NCBI RefSeq assembly: GCF_006345805.1
Contig: NC_042997.1
Span: 204,476,001-204,540,000 of the forward strand
Origin: Octopus sinensis
Taxonomy: Eukaryota
Direction of reading: 5' to 3'
Length of the DNA: 64,000 nt
Position 1 is the stretch's first letter, and the number at the start of each line of letters is the position of its first letter. The translations under genes and the position numbers were made by a program. The notes under the pieces are model-generated. The model saw nothing but the letters and a program-made list of their open reading frames with translations, searched no databases and was not told where the DNA came from. Of this stretch, positions 62,341 through 64,000 are shown piece after piece.

Positions 62341-62700
62341 TTCAATCAATCTCTGTGTAAACTAAATAAACAATAACAGATAGGGAGCAGGAATGGCTGT
62401 GCAGTTTAAAAGTTTAGTTGGCAGCTAAATGATTTTGGGTTCTATCCTGTGGCAAGGTGACACCGTGGGCACGTGTCTGTTACTATGGACTTGAGGTGAC
62501 CAAAGCTTTGTGAGGTAGAAATAATTTCGGTAGACAGGAACTGTGAGGAATTTTGTCAGAGTCTGTTTTGTTGCAAGAATTTGGGTTGGCTGTCTGAGTA
62601 TTTAATAACTTTCCAGTTTTCTCACATAAAATGTTAGTATTTCTGAAGAGGGCTTTGTGCACCCTGCTTCCACTTTTGAATTAGCCATTAACAAGAAATG

Positions 62701-62754
<54 letters not shown>

Positions 62755-62859
62755 AGAGGATTCTACTCCCACAAGCCTCCCAGGAATCATGGGTAGAGGA
62801 AATGGATGGATGGACACACAAACACACTCATATCTATCTGTCTATCTATCTATCTATCT

Positions 62860-62904
<45 letters not shown>

Positions 62905-62905
62905 A

Positions 62906-62973
62906 GATGATGATGACAAATACATTCATGTACACTTGATATATAAATACACACACATGTATATATAAATGTA

Positions 62974-63027
<54 letters not shown>

Positions 63028-63108
63028 TAATAGATACTATATAGATATATATATATAATTATAATTATGTTTTTGCAAAGAACTGTATATACATATACAT
63101 ACATACAC

Positions 63109-63141
<33 letters not shown>

Positions 63142-63239
63142 TGTATGTATGTACATATATATATATATATATGCACAGTTCTTTGCAAAAACATAATTAT
63201 AAATATATATATGTATCTACATAGTATCTATTATGTGTG

Positions 63240-63290
<51 letters not shown>

Positions 63291-63345
63291 CATACACACA
63301 CATACATTTATATATACGTACATGAATGTATATGTCATCATCATC
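62906..63345. repeat. inverted duplication of microsatellite-rich DNA (arms about 170-180 bp)
   Basis: Unique anchors gatgatgatgaca.atacattcatgtac, cataatagatactat and ttataattatgtttttgcaaagaactgt all recur as reverse complements. Confidence 0.85.
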
Positions 63346-63627
63346 GAACTTAATTATAGCCATGAAACGTACATAGTTTTTTTACTTATTATATTATTGA
63401 TTATTCATTTTTATACTTTTTGATATCTAGTTATATGTTTTATAAAAATATATTTGTTTTTTATGTTTTGGTTTCTGTCTATCACTGTTTGAATTGCCTA
63501 ATAGTGGTTTTATCTCTAATCTATATTTTATATATTTATATTGTAAAATTTGATTTAATACTAAATTGAATTTTCCCTTGTAAGTTTGGAGTTATATTTC
63601 CTAATATTATTATCATTGTATGTATGC

Positions 63628-63673
<46 letters not shown>

Positions 63674-63688
63674 TTGTGTGTATATATA

Positions 63689-64000
63689 TATTCTCTTCCT
63701 TCAGGGGAACCGCTCACAGCCTCTAACAATATCAGAGACCTGGGTGTAATTGTTGATGAGGATCTCAGTTGGAGTGCACACATCAACAATAAGGTCAATA
63801 TAGCTCGTAGGATGAGTTCCTGGATCTTAAGAACTTTCCGGTCCAGAGAACAAGGTGTCATCATACCACTTTTCTCCTCCTTTGTACGGCCACACCTCGA
63901 ATACTGCTACCCACTGTGGTCTCCCCATACAAGCCAAAACATCTCGAGGATTGAATCACCCCAGAGGGCACTCACCAAACGAATTGAAGGCATGGCTGCT
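63689..64000 (+). mobile_element. 5'-truncated CR1-clade LINE ORF2 (post-RT thumb region), open to the window end
   Basis: YSLPSGEPLTASNNIRDLGVIVDEDLSWSAHIN..V..ARRMSSWILRTF...FVRPHLEYCYPLWSP...IESPQR.LTK.I; junction abuts a (TA)n tract. Confidence 0.9.

Overview
AT-rich, repeat-saturated eukaryotic DNA. The repeat families (tRNA-derived SINEs, RTE 3' tails, very dense microsatellites) look like octopus/coleoid cephalopod genome; this is an inference from recalled family motifs, not a database match. No long intact protein-coding ORF is present, and almost all ORFs in the track are microsatellite read-throughs or antisense to repeats. Recognisable mobile elements: a Penelope-like GIY-YIG remnant; RTE, R4/Dong-like, HERO-like, Tx1-like and CR1/L2 LINE fragments; two decayed mariner elements with TIRs; piggyBac-type and hAT-type MITEs; four non-autonomous Helitrons; at least four SINE families; many nested insertions with visible TSDs. 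Unique-sequence signals suggest a large, probably minus-strand transcription unit. These are a TATA/CRE promoter with a short first coding exon (MSEVSLTDRVA) at 62.1-62.3 kb, a CpG-retaining promoter-like island with a donor site at 38.8-40.3 kb, and several short exon-like segments with strong splice sites but no open frame. The gene identity cannot be determined. Most interesting observations: (1) a TSD-flanked inverted dimer of a tRNA-headed element carrying a hammerhead ribozyme core on each arm (51.0-51.5 kb), with other hammerhead-like remnants in Penelope-related repeats; (2) a canonical-geometry pre-miRNA-like hairpin at 37.6 kb; (3) several long fold-back structures that would form dsRNA if transcribed.
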